A model generated the notes under the pieces. The model saw only the letters and a list, made by a program, of their open reading frames with translations, had not been told where the DNA came from and made no database searches. Shown one piece after another: positions 1 through 9,205 of a stretch of 64,000 nucleotides of DNA. Numbering within the stretch: the first letter of the stretch is position 1; the number at the start of each line of letters is the position of its first letter. The position numbers and the translations under genes are program-made. The DNA is from Clostridia bacterium (GTDB lineage: Bacteria > Bacillota > Clostridia > SK-Y3): the NCBI GenBank assembly GCA_050251575.1, contig JBFWMP010000001.1:7913-71912 (forward strand). Reading direction: 5' to 3'.

Positions 1-254
1 TTCTCTGCAAGCACAAAGTACAGTATTGGCGCAGCATGTCCTTTTGCTAAAATAAACCGATCTCTGTCTTCACATTTAGCATCTTGAGAATTGATATTCA
101 TTTTCTCAAAATACAAAGTAGTTATTATTTCAGTCGCAGATAAAGAGCCTCCCGGATGCCCTGTTTGAATCTTATGCAATAAATCAATCAATTCTACTCT
201 AAAACGCTTGCATAATTCTTCAAGATGCTGTTTCTTTTCTACACTTAAACTCAT
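1..254 (-). CDS. Transketolase N-terminal (TPP-binding) subunit, runs off the window edge
   Basis: Manual translation from ATG 254 (AGGAGG SD upstream): MSLSVEKKQHLEELCKRFRVELIDLLHKIQTGHPGGSLSATE...DRDRFILAKGHAAP, with the GHPGGSLS and DRFILxKGH motifs. Confidence 0.9.
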   Translation of the reverse strand, partial: MSLSVEKKQHLEELCKRFRVELIDLLHKIQTGHPGGSLSATEIITTLYFEKMNINSQDAKCEDRDRFILAKGHAAPILYFVLAE

Positions 255-346
255 AACGTTCTCCTCCTTTATATTAACTTGTACTAAATATCTTTATAAA
301 TTAAAAATAGCAATCTGAATGAGCTCTCTTGAGTCTTTTGGTTTTT

Positions 347-376
347 CTCCAAGCTCCAAGCTCCAAGCTCCAAGCT
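347..376. repeat. Heptamer tandem repeat (CTCCAAG)x4
   Basis: Read directly in the sequence, just after the dehydrogenase stop codon. Confidence 0.9.
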
Positions 377-384
377 GATTCTAA

Positions 385-1440
385 TCACTCTTCAACAGGC
401 GTTAATACCAACTTCAGACCTTCTTTGCTTTCAAACATCTGAAATGCTTTTTCCCACTCTGTAATTGGGAATTGGTGAGATACTAACGGTTTTGTTCTAA
501 CCTTACCCTGCTCAAGCAGTTGGATAGCCTTTTCCCATGAAGTCCATCTTGACCCTAATGATCCGGTTACTTTTAATTCTTTATAACAGATTCTCTCAAA
601 GTCAATAGTAATGGGCTTACCAAAGAGTCCAATCTGCGTATACTGTCCCTGCTTTTTAATCACTTTTAGTGCATCATCTGCAGCACGTGCTACACCCGAA
701 CATTCAAGTACTACATCTACGCCTCGCCCATTAGTGAGTTTGTAGATAAATTCCTGCAAATCCTGTTGTTGGACGTTGATGGTATAATCTGCTCCTAGTT
801 GTTTTGCCATATTCAATCTTTCAGTATCAACATTTGTTCCCGAAACAATGACCGTAGCTCCTTGCGCTTTTGCAACCTGCATTGTTGCAAGTCCAATAGC
901 ACCCGGACCTCCAACCAACACTACATTTCCTACAGTAATAGATGTAAGCTCCAACACTGCATGCGTAATACAAGCAAGAGGCTCAAGCAATGCGCCAGAT
1001 ACGAAATCTATACTATCAGGTAATATGTGTACTCTTTCTTGCGGCACCATCGTATATTTGGCAAATGCTCCATTATACCAATAACCTAGAGTTCTTCTAT
1101 CATTGCACAGGTTGTAATAACCTGTGATACAGTAATGACATGTTCCACAGAAGCTGTAAGCAGTCTCAGAAGTAACCCGATCACCAGGTTTCCATTGTGT
1201 TACACCTTCTCCTACTTCTACAACTACCCCACAAAACTCATGACCTGTTACAACCGGTGGATTAATCGGAATTCCAGCAATATCATCATGATAAATATGC
1301 AAGTCACTTCCACAGATTCCTGCAGCCTTTACTTCAATTTTTACCTGCCCTGGCCCCGGATTTGGCTCAGGTACTTCTCTAATTTCCATATTTCCATTAC
1401 CTTTTGCGTATTTGACTAATGCTTTCATAAAATTTCCCAC
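385..1440 (-). CDS. Zn-dependent medium-chain (polyol/threonine-type) dehydrogenase; start may be ATG 1428
   Basis: GICGSDLH, GHEFCG, CGTCHYC...C structural Zn cluster, GPGAIG NAD-binding motif. Confidence 0.88.
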   Translation of the reverse strand: MGNFMKALVKYAKGNGNMEIREVPEPNPGPGQVKIEVKAAGICGSDLHIYHDDIAGIPINPPVVTGHEFCGVVVEVGEGVTQWKPGDRVTSETAYSFCGTCHYCITGYYNLCNDRRTLGYWYNGAFAKYTMVPQERVHILPDSIDFVSGALLEPLACITHAVLELTSITVGNVVLVGGPGAIGLATMQVAKAQGATVIVSGTNVDTERLNMAKQLGADYTINVQQQDLQEFIYKLTNGRGVDVVLECSGVARAADDALKVIKKQGQYTQIGLFGKPITIDFERICYKELKVTGSLGSRWTSWEKAIQLLEQGKVRTKPLVSHQFPITEWEKAFQMFESKEGLKLVLTPVEE

Positions 1441-1532
1441 AAAAAATGTGGATATTCCCTCCCCGTAAAGTTATTACTTCTAGTTTGTATAAAAATAGTT
1501 AAATTATGCTTAAGCTTTCCTACTTTAAGATA

Positions 1533-1550
1533 ATGCAAGAGTCATGCCAA
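1533..1550 (-). promoter_or_regulatory. sigma54 (-24/-12) promoter
   Basis: Minus strand TTGGCATGACTCTTGCAT = GG-N10-GC, about 100 bp upstream of the dehydrogenase and next to a sigma54 activator gene. Confidence 0.8.
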
Positions 1551-1774
1551 ACTTTAAAAATTCGGCATGACTCTTAGTATATTGTTATAAAGTTACAGGC
1601 AAAATTCCTCACTTTTCCTACACAATTTGTGTAACTGGCAATACATCCAGCATCCATCAATTATAAAATGTTCTGTATTTTTATAAACTATTTATAACTT
1701 ATCAAAATACATACAAGAATATTCTGATTAATTTTGTTTAAATACTCTTGACATCTATATCATCAACGAAGCCT

Positions 1775-1918
1775 TGTTTCATTTAGAAACAAGGCTTGCT
1801 ATATACTTCTATCAAAAATGCTAATTATTATTGAATGCTTTTATTACCCAGCAATTATGCAGCATTATGAATGTTGTTCCACAATGAAACTACAGGACCG
1901 TCGTTTCACTATGGAACA
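1775..1918. promoter_or_regulatory. Three 17-bp palindromic upstream activator sites (consensus TGTTYCA-N3-TGAAACA)
   Basis: TGTTTCATTTAGAAACA 1775-1791, TGTTCCACAATGAAACT 1875-1891, CGTTTCACTATGGAACA 1902-1918; same spacing, upstream of the sigma54 promoter. Confidence 0.65.
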
Positions 1919-3867
1919 ACATCATTGCCCCTTATCCAACGCCACAACGTAGTTCTGCCTATCCCCAGCATATTAGCTGTCCTTGTCCTATCTCCATGAT
2001 TTATCTCAAGAACCTTTTTTATTATTTCACTTTCAATAGATTTCAAGTCTTGATTAATGTTTATCGCCAACTCTAAACATTCTGCATTGTGCATGTTGCT
2101 ATTTCCGTCATTCTGCAGCAATGCAGTCACTTCTGCTTTTCCCAGTGTATCCGAACCATCCAAAAAGCTTCTAATATGATATAGCTCTATTGTTTTAGTG
2201 GGAACTACAATTACTAATCTTTCTATTATATTTTCCAACTCTCTTACATTCCCATACCAGTCATAGTCTTGTAATGCTTGCATAGCTTCACTTGAAATAA
2301 ATTTATTTTCTATATTGTTTCGTCTGCAATATTTTTCAATAAATGTTTCTATAAATAAAGGTATTGCATCCTTTCTTTCCCTCAATGGCGGAATGTTAAT
2401 AGACAGCACATTCAGCCGATAATAAAGATCTTCTCTAAATGTATTTTGACCTATACTTTGCTTTAAATTTCTGTTTGTAGCGGCAATTACCCTAACGTCC
2501 ACAGGAATAACTTTATCACTTCCCAGTCTCATTACCTGTTTTTCTTGCAAAACTCTTAATAGACGTGTTTGAATATGCAGCGGTATTTCACCCACTTCAT
2601 CCAAAAAAATCGTGCCTCCATGTGCAAGTTCAAACAAACCTTGTTTTCCACCTTTTTTAGCACCTGTAAATGCTCCTTCTTCATAACCGAACAATTCACT
2701 CTCCAAAAGATTTTCCGGCAGTGCCGCACAGTTAAATGCGACAAAAGGCTTGCTTCTCCTTGGACTTGCATTATGAATACCCTGGGTAAAAATTTCTTTT
2801 CCGGTACCGGTTTCTCCTATAAGCAGCACATTGGAATCGGTATTTGCATAGAGTTTTGCTACTTCTACAAGCTTATGCATCTTTTGATTGCCTACAATCA
2901 TATCATCAAAGTTGTAACGAGCTATATGCCCTTTTAAATATACTTTTTTTCTAATCTTTTCTTCGACATTCTGTATCTTACTTATATCCTGAAATACACT
3001 TAATGCTCCAACAGTTATATCCCGTAATTTTATAGGAACAGTATTCATTATAATCGTCTTATTTCCAATATTATAGAATTTCTCTATAGTTACTTTTCCA
3101 TTGGTAATGATATCTTTAAAATCAATACCCGGAAACACATCACTAATATCTCTTCCGATGTCTAGATTCTTCTTTGCATCAATTATTTTCTCAGCTGCAG
3201 GATTAAAGAACTTTATTTTCCCTTGTTGATTTATACTTATAATTCCATCATTAGCAAAATCTAATATCGTTTTTAATTCTTCAAATCTTTCTCTTTCTTT
3301 ATTAGTTGCATCTCTAATACTTTTTGCATGCATGAAACCTTGAAGAATAGAATCTGCTCCTGATTCAATCAATATACCTTTCATTCCACACTGACGAGCA
3401 ATGTGAATAGAGATATTGTCTCCCACTACAACATCAATTTTTCCCGTCAATGTACTAATTTTATCTGTTTTTTGCTCTACTGTTTCACTTTTATTAAATA
3501 TTATCGGCATAAGCCGCACATCTAATATCTCTTCTATGCCTTCAATGTTGTATACTACATTATCATAACCTAAAAATCCAATGGTACTTCCTTTCTCCTT
3601 TGCTTTCTTAATTGATTTCATAATATCAATGGTTGTAATGGGAATCTCAACAATAGGAACATTAATAAATTCCCTTAATAGTAGTGCAGTCCCTCCCCTG
3701 CTAATGATTACTTCCACTCCGTCTGATACCATTTTATTAGCAATAGGAATTGCATCTTTCATGTCACCTATCTTTACATCTACAGGCTCATCCAATAGAC
3801 TTGAGATATTATTAATGATATCCGCCAACTCAGTATAAGGTGATATAAATCCGATCGAAAACACCAT
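1909..3867 (-). CDS. sigma54-dependent enhancer-binding protein, PrpR-like (PrpR_N, PAS, AAA+, Fis HTH)
   Basis: VIISRGGTA N-terminal motif, GETGTGKE Walker A, ESELFGYEEGAFTGA, FLDEVGE, C-terminal LGIGRTTLWR HTH. Confidence 0.92.
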   Translation of the reverse strand: MVFSIGFISPYTELADIINNISSLLDEPVDVKIGDMKDAIPIANKMVSDGVEVIISRGGTALLLREFINVPIVEIPITTIDIMKSIKKAKEKGSTIGFLGYDNVVYNIEGIEEILDVRLMPIIFNKSETVEQKTDKISTLTGKIDVVVGDNISIHIARQCGMKGILIESGADSILQGFMHAKSIRDATNKERERFEELKTILDFANDGIISINQQGKIKFFNPAAEKIIDAKKNLDIGRDISDVFPGIDFKDIITNGKVTIEKFYNIGNKTIIMNTVPIKLRDITVGALSVFQDISKIQNVEEKIRKKVYLKGHIARYNFDDMIVGNQKMHKLVEVAKLYANTDSNVLLIGETGTGKEIFTQGIHNASPRRSKPFVAFNCAALPENLLESELFGYEEGAFTGAKKGGKQGLFELAHGGTIFLDEVGEIPLHIQTRLLRVLQEKQVMRLGSDKVIPVDVRVIAATNRNLKQSIGQNTFREDLYYRLNVLSINIPPLRERKDAIPLFIETFIEKYCRRNNIENKFISSEAMQALQDYDWYGNVRELENIIERLVIVVPTKTIELYHIRSFLDGSDTLGKAEVTALLQNDGNSNMHNAECLELAININQDLKSIESEIIKKVLEINHGDRTRTANMLGIGRTTLWRWIRGNDVVP

Positions 3868-3927
3868 TCATTGCCCCTTGTATATAAATTTATCCAGCGA
3901 CTAATAATGCTTATCTGTGCCTGACGG

Positions 3928-3960
3928 CTAGAACCCTGCTTATAGAAGCAGGAATTCTAG
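3928..3960. terminator. Hairpin downstream of citF (probable terminator)
   Basis: CTAGAACCCTGCTT-ATAG-AAGCAGGAATTCTAG imperfect inverted repeat. Confidence 0.5.
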
Positions 3961-4027
3961 CACAGTAAGTTCTGAAATAACTTATTGAATTTCTTGTTAT
4001 TGTATTAAGTATACATTGTTTCTTACC

Positions 4028-5431
4028 CTACTGCACCCCTTTTATAGTATCAATGACTCGTCCATCCCTATATACTACTTTTCCTACTATTTTTTCTCCT
4101 GTCTCTAAGAGATTAGATTTACCGGTAAATCTTTCTGCTTCTCTTCTTAATAAATTAATGTCAACAATAGGCAAACCTGCTTCCTTTAGTCTTTGTTGCA
4201 GTATCGTATTTTGGGGATTGACAGCTATCCCTCTCTGAGTAACTAATACGTTTACCGTATCACCAGGGGTAGAAGCAGTGAGCACCTTTTCAACAATAAT
4301 GGGAATTCTCGCTCTAAATAAAGGCGCAACAATGATTGCAAGCTTTGCCCCGGCTGCTGTATCACTGTGTCCTCCCGACCCTCCCATGATATATCCGTTT
4401 GAGTCGGTATGAACATTTACATTAAAAGAAGTATCTATTTGTGTAGCACCTAAAATAACAATATCAAGATTATTGACTGCACAGTTTTTAGCGAGTGGAT
4501 TTGCATAAAAAGAAGCTGAAACCTCTTGATGATTCGGGTTTTCTTTGATTGACCGCACTGCCTCTAGGTCAAAGCACTGAACATCAAGCAAGGTCTTGAA
4601 AAATCCTTCTTTAAGAAGCTCTACGAAGTATCCAGTGATTCCTCCCATTCCAAAACTGCCTGTGATACCTCTTTTTATCATTATCTCCTTCAGATAATGA
4701 GCTGCAGCAAGTGAAGACCCTCCAGCACCGGTTTGAAAAGAAAACCCTTCATTCAGCAATCCTGAATGTTCAATCACCTTAGCTGCATACTTGGCAATGA
4801 CAAGCCCGACAGGATCTCGTGTAATTTGTGTGGTTCCCGATACAATACCCTTCGGATCTCCTATGCTGTCCACCTTTACCACATAATCCACATTTGTTTG
4901 GTCAATAGATATAGGCGTCAAAGGGTATTCTGCCAAGTAGTCGGTAACTGCCACTACCTTTTTTGCACAATGTGCATCCGAAAATGCGTATCCTAAAGAC
5001 CCGCACGCAGAAGGACCATCTACACCATTTATGTTTCCATGGGAATCTGCTGCCGGAGCTGCTATAAACGCAATATCTATCGGTAGTTCTCCGCTCTCAA
5101 TCGCTGCCGGTCTTCCTCCGTGTGTCCTGAATATTACCGGTTCTTTCATGATTCCTTCTGAAATAGCCCTTCCGACGGGACCACTCATGTAGTTAGTATC
5201 AATCCTGCTCACTACACCATTTTTTATATGGCTAATAAGCGGTGTATGTACACTAAAAATAGAGCTTGCACAAACCTTGATATCTTTAAAGCCCATTTCT
5301 GAAATTGTATCTAATACCATATTAAGCACATAGTCACCATTTCTTAAATGATGATGAAATGATACTGACATACCATCTTCTAACCCACACAATTGTATGA
5401 CTTCTTTCAATGATTTTACCAGTTTATTCAC
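4028..5431 (-). CDS. citF: Citrate lyase-family alpha subunit (CoA/ACP transferase)
   Basis: SFHHHLRNGD, FRTHGGR, FSFQTGAGG, GGSGGHSDTAAGAK motifs. Confidence 0.92.
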   Translation of the reverse strand: MNKLVKSLKEVIQLCGLEDGMSVSFHHHLRNGDYVLNMVLDTISEMGFKDIKVCASSIFSVHTPLISHIKNGVVSRIDTNYMSGPVGRAISEGIMKEPVIFRTHGGRPAAIESGELPIDIAFIAAPAADSHGNINGVDGPSACGSLGYAFSDAHCAKKVVAVTDYLAEYPLTPISIDQTNVDYVVKVDSIGDPKGIVSGTTQITRDPVGLVIAKYAAKVIEHSGLLNEGFSFQTGAGGSSLAAAHYLKEIMIKRGITGSFGMGGITGYFVELLKEGFFKTLLDVQCFDLEAVRSIKENPNHQEVSASFYANPLAKNCAVNNLDIVILGATQIDTSFNVNVHTDSNGYIMGGSGGHSDTAAGAKLAIIVAPLFRARIPIIVEKVLTASTPGDTVNVLVTQRGIAVNPQNTILQQRLKEAGLPIVDINLLRREAERFTGKSNLLETGEKIVGKVVYRDGRVIDTIKGVQ

Positions 5432-6311
5432 TTGCCTTCCTCCTTCCTAAACTATGTGCATTCTCTAATATTTGTCTGGCCCTTTCTACTATAGGAGCAT
5501 CTATCATTTTTCCGTCTAAAGAAACTACCCCTTTTCCTTGCCTTTTTGCAGCTTCTATTGTTTCCATAACTCTTTGAGCATAGTATATTTCGTCCTCAGA
5601 AGGTGAAAAGACCTTATTAACAATCTCAATATGCCTTGGTGAAATTACCGCTTTCCCACCAAACCCCATCTCCCTGGCAAATACAGCATCTTTCATAAGA
5701 CCCTCTTCATCATCTACATCCGTAAAAGGAGTATCTATAGCAGAAATTCCTGCTGACTTTGCAGCAACCAGCACTCTTGATCGGCCATAAAATATCTCCT
5801 TGCCCTCTTTCGTACGCTTAGCTCCCAAATCTGCAGTTAGATCCTCAGCTCCTAGCAATAGCGCTTCAACTCTGGCACTGGCTTTCGCAATATCAAAAGC
5901 ATTCTCTACTCCCAAGGCAGTTTCAAGTAGCGGTATCAGTTTAATTTTGCCTTCTTCTGAATTTGAATATTTTTCCATATCGGTAATATAACTATCAATT
6001 TTTTTAATATCCTCTCTGCATTGTATCTTGGGAGGTAATATTGCATCAGGCATCATCGGCACAATCATATCCAAGTCACTTTTCCAAAATGATGTTGACA
6101 GTGAATTGATTCTAATAATTACCTCAACCCCTTTATATCCAAAGCTTCCTAATGCATTCTTTACCAGTATTCTTGCTGCATCCTTTTCTCGAATAGATAC
6201 AGCATCTTCCAAATCAAAAATTACACAATCTGCACCAAAGACATCTCCATTTAACAGCATCCCCGGATTATTCCCAGGAATAAAGAGGGCAGTTCTTCGT
6301 ATTCTACCCAT
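5424..6311 (-). CDS. citE: Citrate lyase-family beta subunit (citryl-ACP lyase); start ATG 6311 rather than the ORF-track 6443
   Basis: RRTALFIPGNNP, FDLEDAV, LGAEDLTADLG, GKMIDAP; GGAGG SD before ATG 6311. Confidence 0.92.
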   Translation of the reverse strand: MGRIRRTALFIPGNNPGMLLNGDVFGADCVIFDLEDAVSIREKDAARILVKNALGSFGYKGVEVIIRINSLSTSFWKSDLDMIVPMMPDAILPPKIQCREDIKKIDSYITDMEKYSNSEEGKIKLIPLLETALGVENAFDIAKASARVEALLLGAEDLTADLGAKRTKEGKEIFYGRSRVLVAAKSAGISAIDTPFTDVDDEEGLMKDAVFAREMGFGGKAVISPRHIEIVNKVFSPSEDEIYYAQRVMETIEAAKRQGKGVVSLDGKMIDAPIVERARQILENAHSLGRRKASE

Positions 6312-6583
6312 CACGTCTCCTCCTTTAATCTTAAAATTGCTGTCTCCATCCTTGCCTTCAAAGTACAATCCAATGCGCCCTTGTCCCGGACATGAACAAA
6401 TGCGTCTGAAATGCCATGCTCCGATAAAACATCTGTAATGCACTTTCTAATGGCACTTCCAAACTGCTTTTCTACAATGCTGTCAATCACGACTTCCAAT
6501 CCTTGAGCCTTTGGCGGCTCTAACGTAATAAGAGCATCATTGGATTCAAGCGTACCAGCTACTGTAGTCTTAATTACCTTCAT
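6311..6583 (-). CDS. citD: Citrate lyase acyl carrier protein (gamma subunit)
   Basis: AGTLESND prosthetic-group Ser motif, DKGALDCTLKAR; AGGAGG SD before ATG 6583. Confidence 0.9.
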   Translation of the reverse strand: MKVIKTTVAGTLESNDALITLEPPKAQGLEVVIDSIVEKQFGSAIRKCITDVLSEHGISDAFVHVRDKGALDCTLKARMETAILRLKEET

Positions 6584-6782
6584 ACTACCCCTCCTTAATA
6601 TTTGGAATCTCAATCAAAATTTGGAATATTAATCAAAATATTGAATAGTGCTGCATTGACTATGCTGACCCACTATAAGATTAATACTGCTGAAAGTACT
6701 TCCATTTCATCCATATATTTATATTATAAAATATTTTACTCCATCTCTCAATGACTATGAAAAAAGAATTTATAACATAAAA

Positions 6783-6820
6783 ACACCTTTATTCTGAAGT
6801 ATACTTCAAAATAAAGGTGT
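6783..6820. terminator. Near-perfect 38-bp palindrome downstream of transketolase
   Basis: ACACCTTTATTCTGAAGTA|TACTTCAAAATAAAGGTGT, one mismatch. Confidence 0.65.
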
Positions 6821-6842
6821 CAATGATTTAGTCATATCATAT

Positions 6843-7778
6843 TTATTTTCTTTTTAATACTTTCCTAATAGCATCAACGACGCTATCACTGGTAAGCTCA
6901 TACTTTACTGCTAGTTCTTTCGGTTCACCTGATTCACCAAAAGTATCCTTGACTCCTACCATTTCTATCGGTACCGGATGATTTCTTACGACACATTCAG
7001 CAACAGCACTTCCCATTCCTCCAGCAATCTGATGTTCTTCTGCTGTAACGATTGCTCCTGTTTCTTTTGCTGCTTTGATGATAATTTCTTCATCTAAAGG
7101 TTTAGCAGTATGCAAGTTTATCACACGGACTTCTATTCCTTCTTTTGCTAATAATTCTGCAGCTGCAAGAGCTTCATAGACCATAGGTCCGTTGGCTATT
7201 ACAGTGATATCTTTTCCTTCTTTAAAGGTGGCTCCTTTGCCTACTTCAAAAGGTGTTGACTCTTCTGTAACAATGGGCACTGCTTCTCTTCCGAATCTCA
7301 GATAGACCGGTCCGTTAATTTCTGCTGCTGCCAGTGTTGCTTTCTTTGTTTCAATAGCATCACAAGGCACAATGACAGTCATATTAGGCAATACTCTCAT
7401 AATAGTTACTTCTTCCAACGCCTGATGTGTCGCTCCATCAGGACCAACAGAAATCCCTCCGTGAGCTCCCCCAAACTTGACATTCAGATCAGTATAGCAT
7501 ACTGTGGTTCTAATCTGATCCCAAGCTCTTCCTGATAGGAATACGCCATAAGTTGTAACGAATGGAGTCATTCCTGCCAGCGCCATCCCTGCTGCTGTTC
7601 CTACCATATCCTGTTCTGAGATTCCCATATCTAAAAACTTTTCAGGATTTTTTTCTTGAACCCAGTTTGTTCTTGTAGATTTTGCTACATCAGCATCCAT
7701 AACGATAACTTTATCATTTGTTTCTATCAACTCTAACAGTGCTTCTCCATATCCATCTCTAGTCGGTTTTTTTATCAT
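6843..7778 (-). CDS. Transketolase C-terminal subunit
   Basis: TRDGYGEAL, MGISEQDM, GPDGATHQ, VYLRFGR, EEHQIAGGMGSAVAE. Confidence 0.92.
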   Translation of the reverse strand: MIKKPTRDGYGEALLELIETNDKVIVMDADVAKSTRTNWVQEKNPEKFLDMGISEQDMVGTAAGMALAGMTPFVTTYGVFLSGRAWDQIRTTVCYTDLNVKFGGAHGGISVGPDGATHQALEEVTIMRVLPNMTVIVPCDAIETKKATLAAAEINGPVYLRFGREAVPIVTEESTPFEVGKGATFKEGKDITVIANGPMVYEALAAAELLAKEGIEVRVINLHTAKPLDEEIIIKAAKETGAIVTAEEHQIAGGMGSAVAECVVRNHPVPIEMVGVKDTFGESGEPKELAVKYELTSDSVVDAIRKVLKRK

Positions 7779-8611
7779 TATTTTTGTACCCCCCTTGACT
7801 CTATTTCAGCTAATGCTGCTTCGAGTTCTTCCTTATTAGGCGCTTTACCGTGCCAATCTGATATACCCTCCATAAATGAAACTCCCTTACCTTTTATGGT
7901 ATTGGCAATGATGACAGTTGGCATTCCTTTTGTTTCTTCTGCCTTTTTATAAGCAGCAAGCACTTCTTCTATGTTATGTCCATCGATTTCAATAACATTC
8001 CAGTTAAATGCTTTCCACTTATCTGTCAAAGGGTCCAATCCTTTAATTGCATCAACAGTTCCATCAAGCTGGACTCTGTTATAATCTACAATAGCACAGA
8101 CATTATCAAGCTTATGATGTGCTGTCGTCATAACTGCTTCCCATATTTGTCCTTCTTGCAACTCACCGTCTCCAAGCAGGCAGTATACTCTATAGTTTTT
8201 GTTTTTCATCTTTGCTGCCATCGCCATACCATTTGCAATGGATAATCCTTGCCCAAGAGAACCACCAGAAGAATCCATACCCGGTACTTTATGCATATTT
8301 GGATGTCCCTGAAGGATGCTGCCGAATTTTCTTAATGAATTTAACACATCTACGGAATAATATCCACTTCTTGCCAATGCGCTGTATACAACCGGTGCCA
8401 CATGTCCTTTAGATAGAACAAAGCGGTCTCTATCTTCCCACTCGGGTTGTTCGGGATTGTGCTTCATTACCTCAAAGTACAAACCTACTACCAGTTCTAC
8501 TGAAGACAGTGAACCTCCAGGATGCCCTGACTTTGCATGGTGTATCATGGTCACTATATCTTTTCTTATCGTTTTACACATTTCGAGATGTTTTGAAATG
8601 TTACTATCCAT
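7778..8611 (-). CDS. Transketolase N-terminal subunit
   Basis: GHPGGSLS, DRFVLSKGH, GDGELQEG TPP motif, KGKGVSFME...WHG. Confidence 0.93.
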   Translation of the reverse strand: MDSNISKHLEMCKTIRKDIVTMIHHAKSGHPGGSLSSVELVVGLYFEVMKHNPEQPEWEDRDRFVLSKGHVAPVVYSALARSGYYSVDVLNSLRKFGSILQGHPNMHKVPGMDSSGGSLGQGLSIANGMAMAAKMKNKNYRVYCLLGDGELQEGQIWEAVMTTAHHKLDNVCAIVDYNRVQLDGTVDAIKGLDPLTDKWKAFNWNVIEIDGHNIEEVLAAYKKAEETKGMPTVIIANTIKGKGVSFMEGISDWHGKAPNKEELEAALAEIESRGVQK

Positions 8612-9007
8612 TATAATTTCCCCCTTCGGTTGTTTTTAAGTACTATGATTAACTATATTCATTTATACCACGAAAAGTGATAATTGTAAATATAAAAAAC
8701 AAAATTTATCAACATTATCTAACATTTAACATTCTCGCTATTCATGCAGGTTCTCGCCACTATATCAATAGATCATTTGTTAATTATGTATCAAAACCAA
8801 TATCAATTAATCAAATATTTAACGAATTCTGTTGGTTTTTTATAAAAATCAACAGAAAATCACATGCTTCTTTTCAAGTGTATCATTACTACTGAATTTT
8901 CGTACATATTCTACTATTAAAGTATCTGTACTCTTATTTTTTTTATACACAAAAAAATTATCCATCCAATTAATTATAGACAGATTTCTTAGATCTAGGT
9001 GAAATTC

Positions 9008-9127
9008 TTACTTTCTGATGACCTTATAAACCTTTACACATGGAATAAACAGGCTTCTTGGAACTTCGCATTTTAACTCTTTAAAAATTGAAAGGATACT
9101 CCAAACAATGCCAATGATATAATACAC
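9008..9127 (-). CDS. Candidate unannotated 39-aa small membrane protein
   Basis: GTG 9127 preceded by AGGCGG; MYYIIGIVWSILSIFKELKCEVPRSLFIPCVKVYKVIRK; lies in a ~600 bp gap. Confidence 0.3.
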   Translation of the reverse strand: MYYIIGIVWSILSIFKELKCEVPRSLFIPCVKVYKVIRK

Positions 9128-9205
9128 TATACCGCCTAATATATCAATATAATCATAAGTAATCGCATAGTTATTACTTGAAAACTAAAACAATATAAAT
9201 CCTTT

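Noticed and set aside
1775-1918. parS sites
   Set aside because: Arms resemble TGTTTCACGTGAAACA, but all three sites are 17 bp with a different centre, and they lie between a sigma54 activator gene and its promoter
6312-6443. N-terminal extension of citE in the ORF track
   Set aside because: Overlaps citD in another frame; a clear SD precedes ATG 6311
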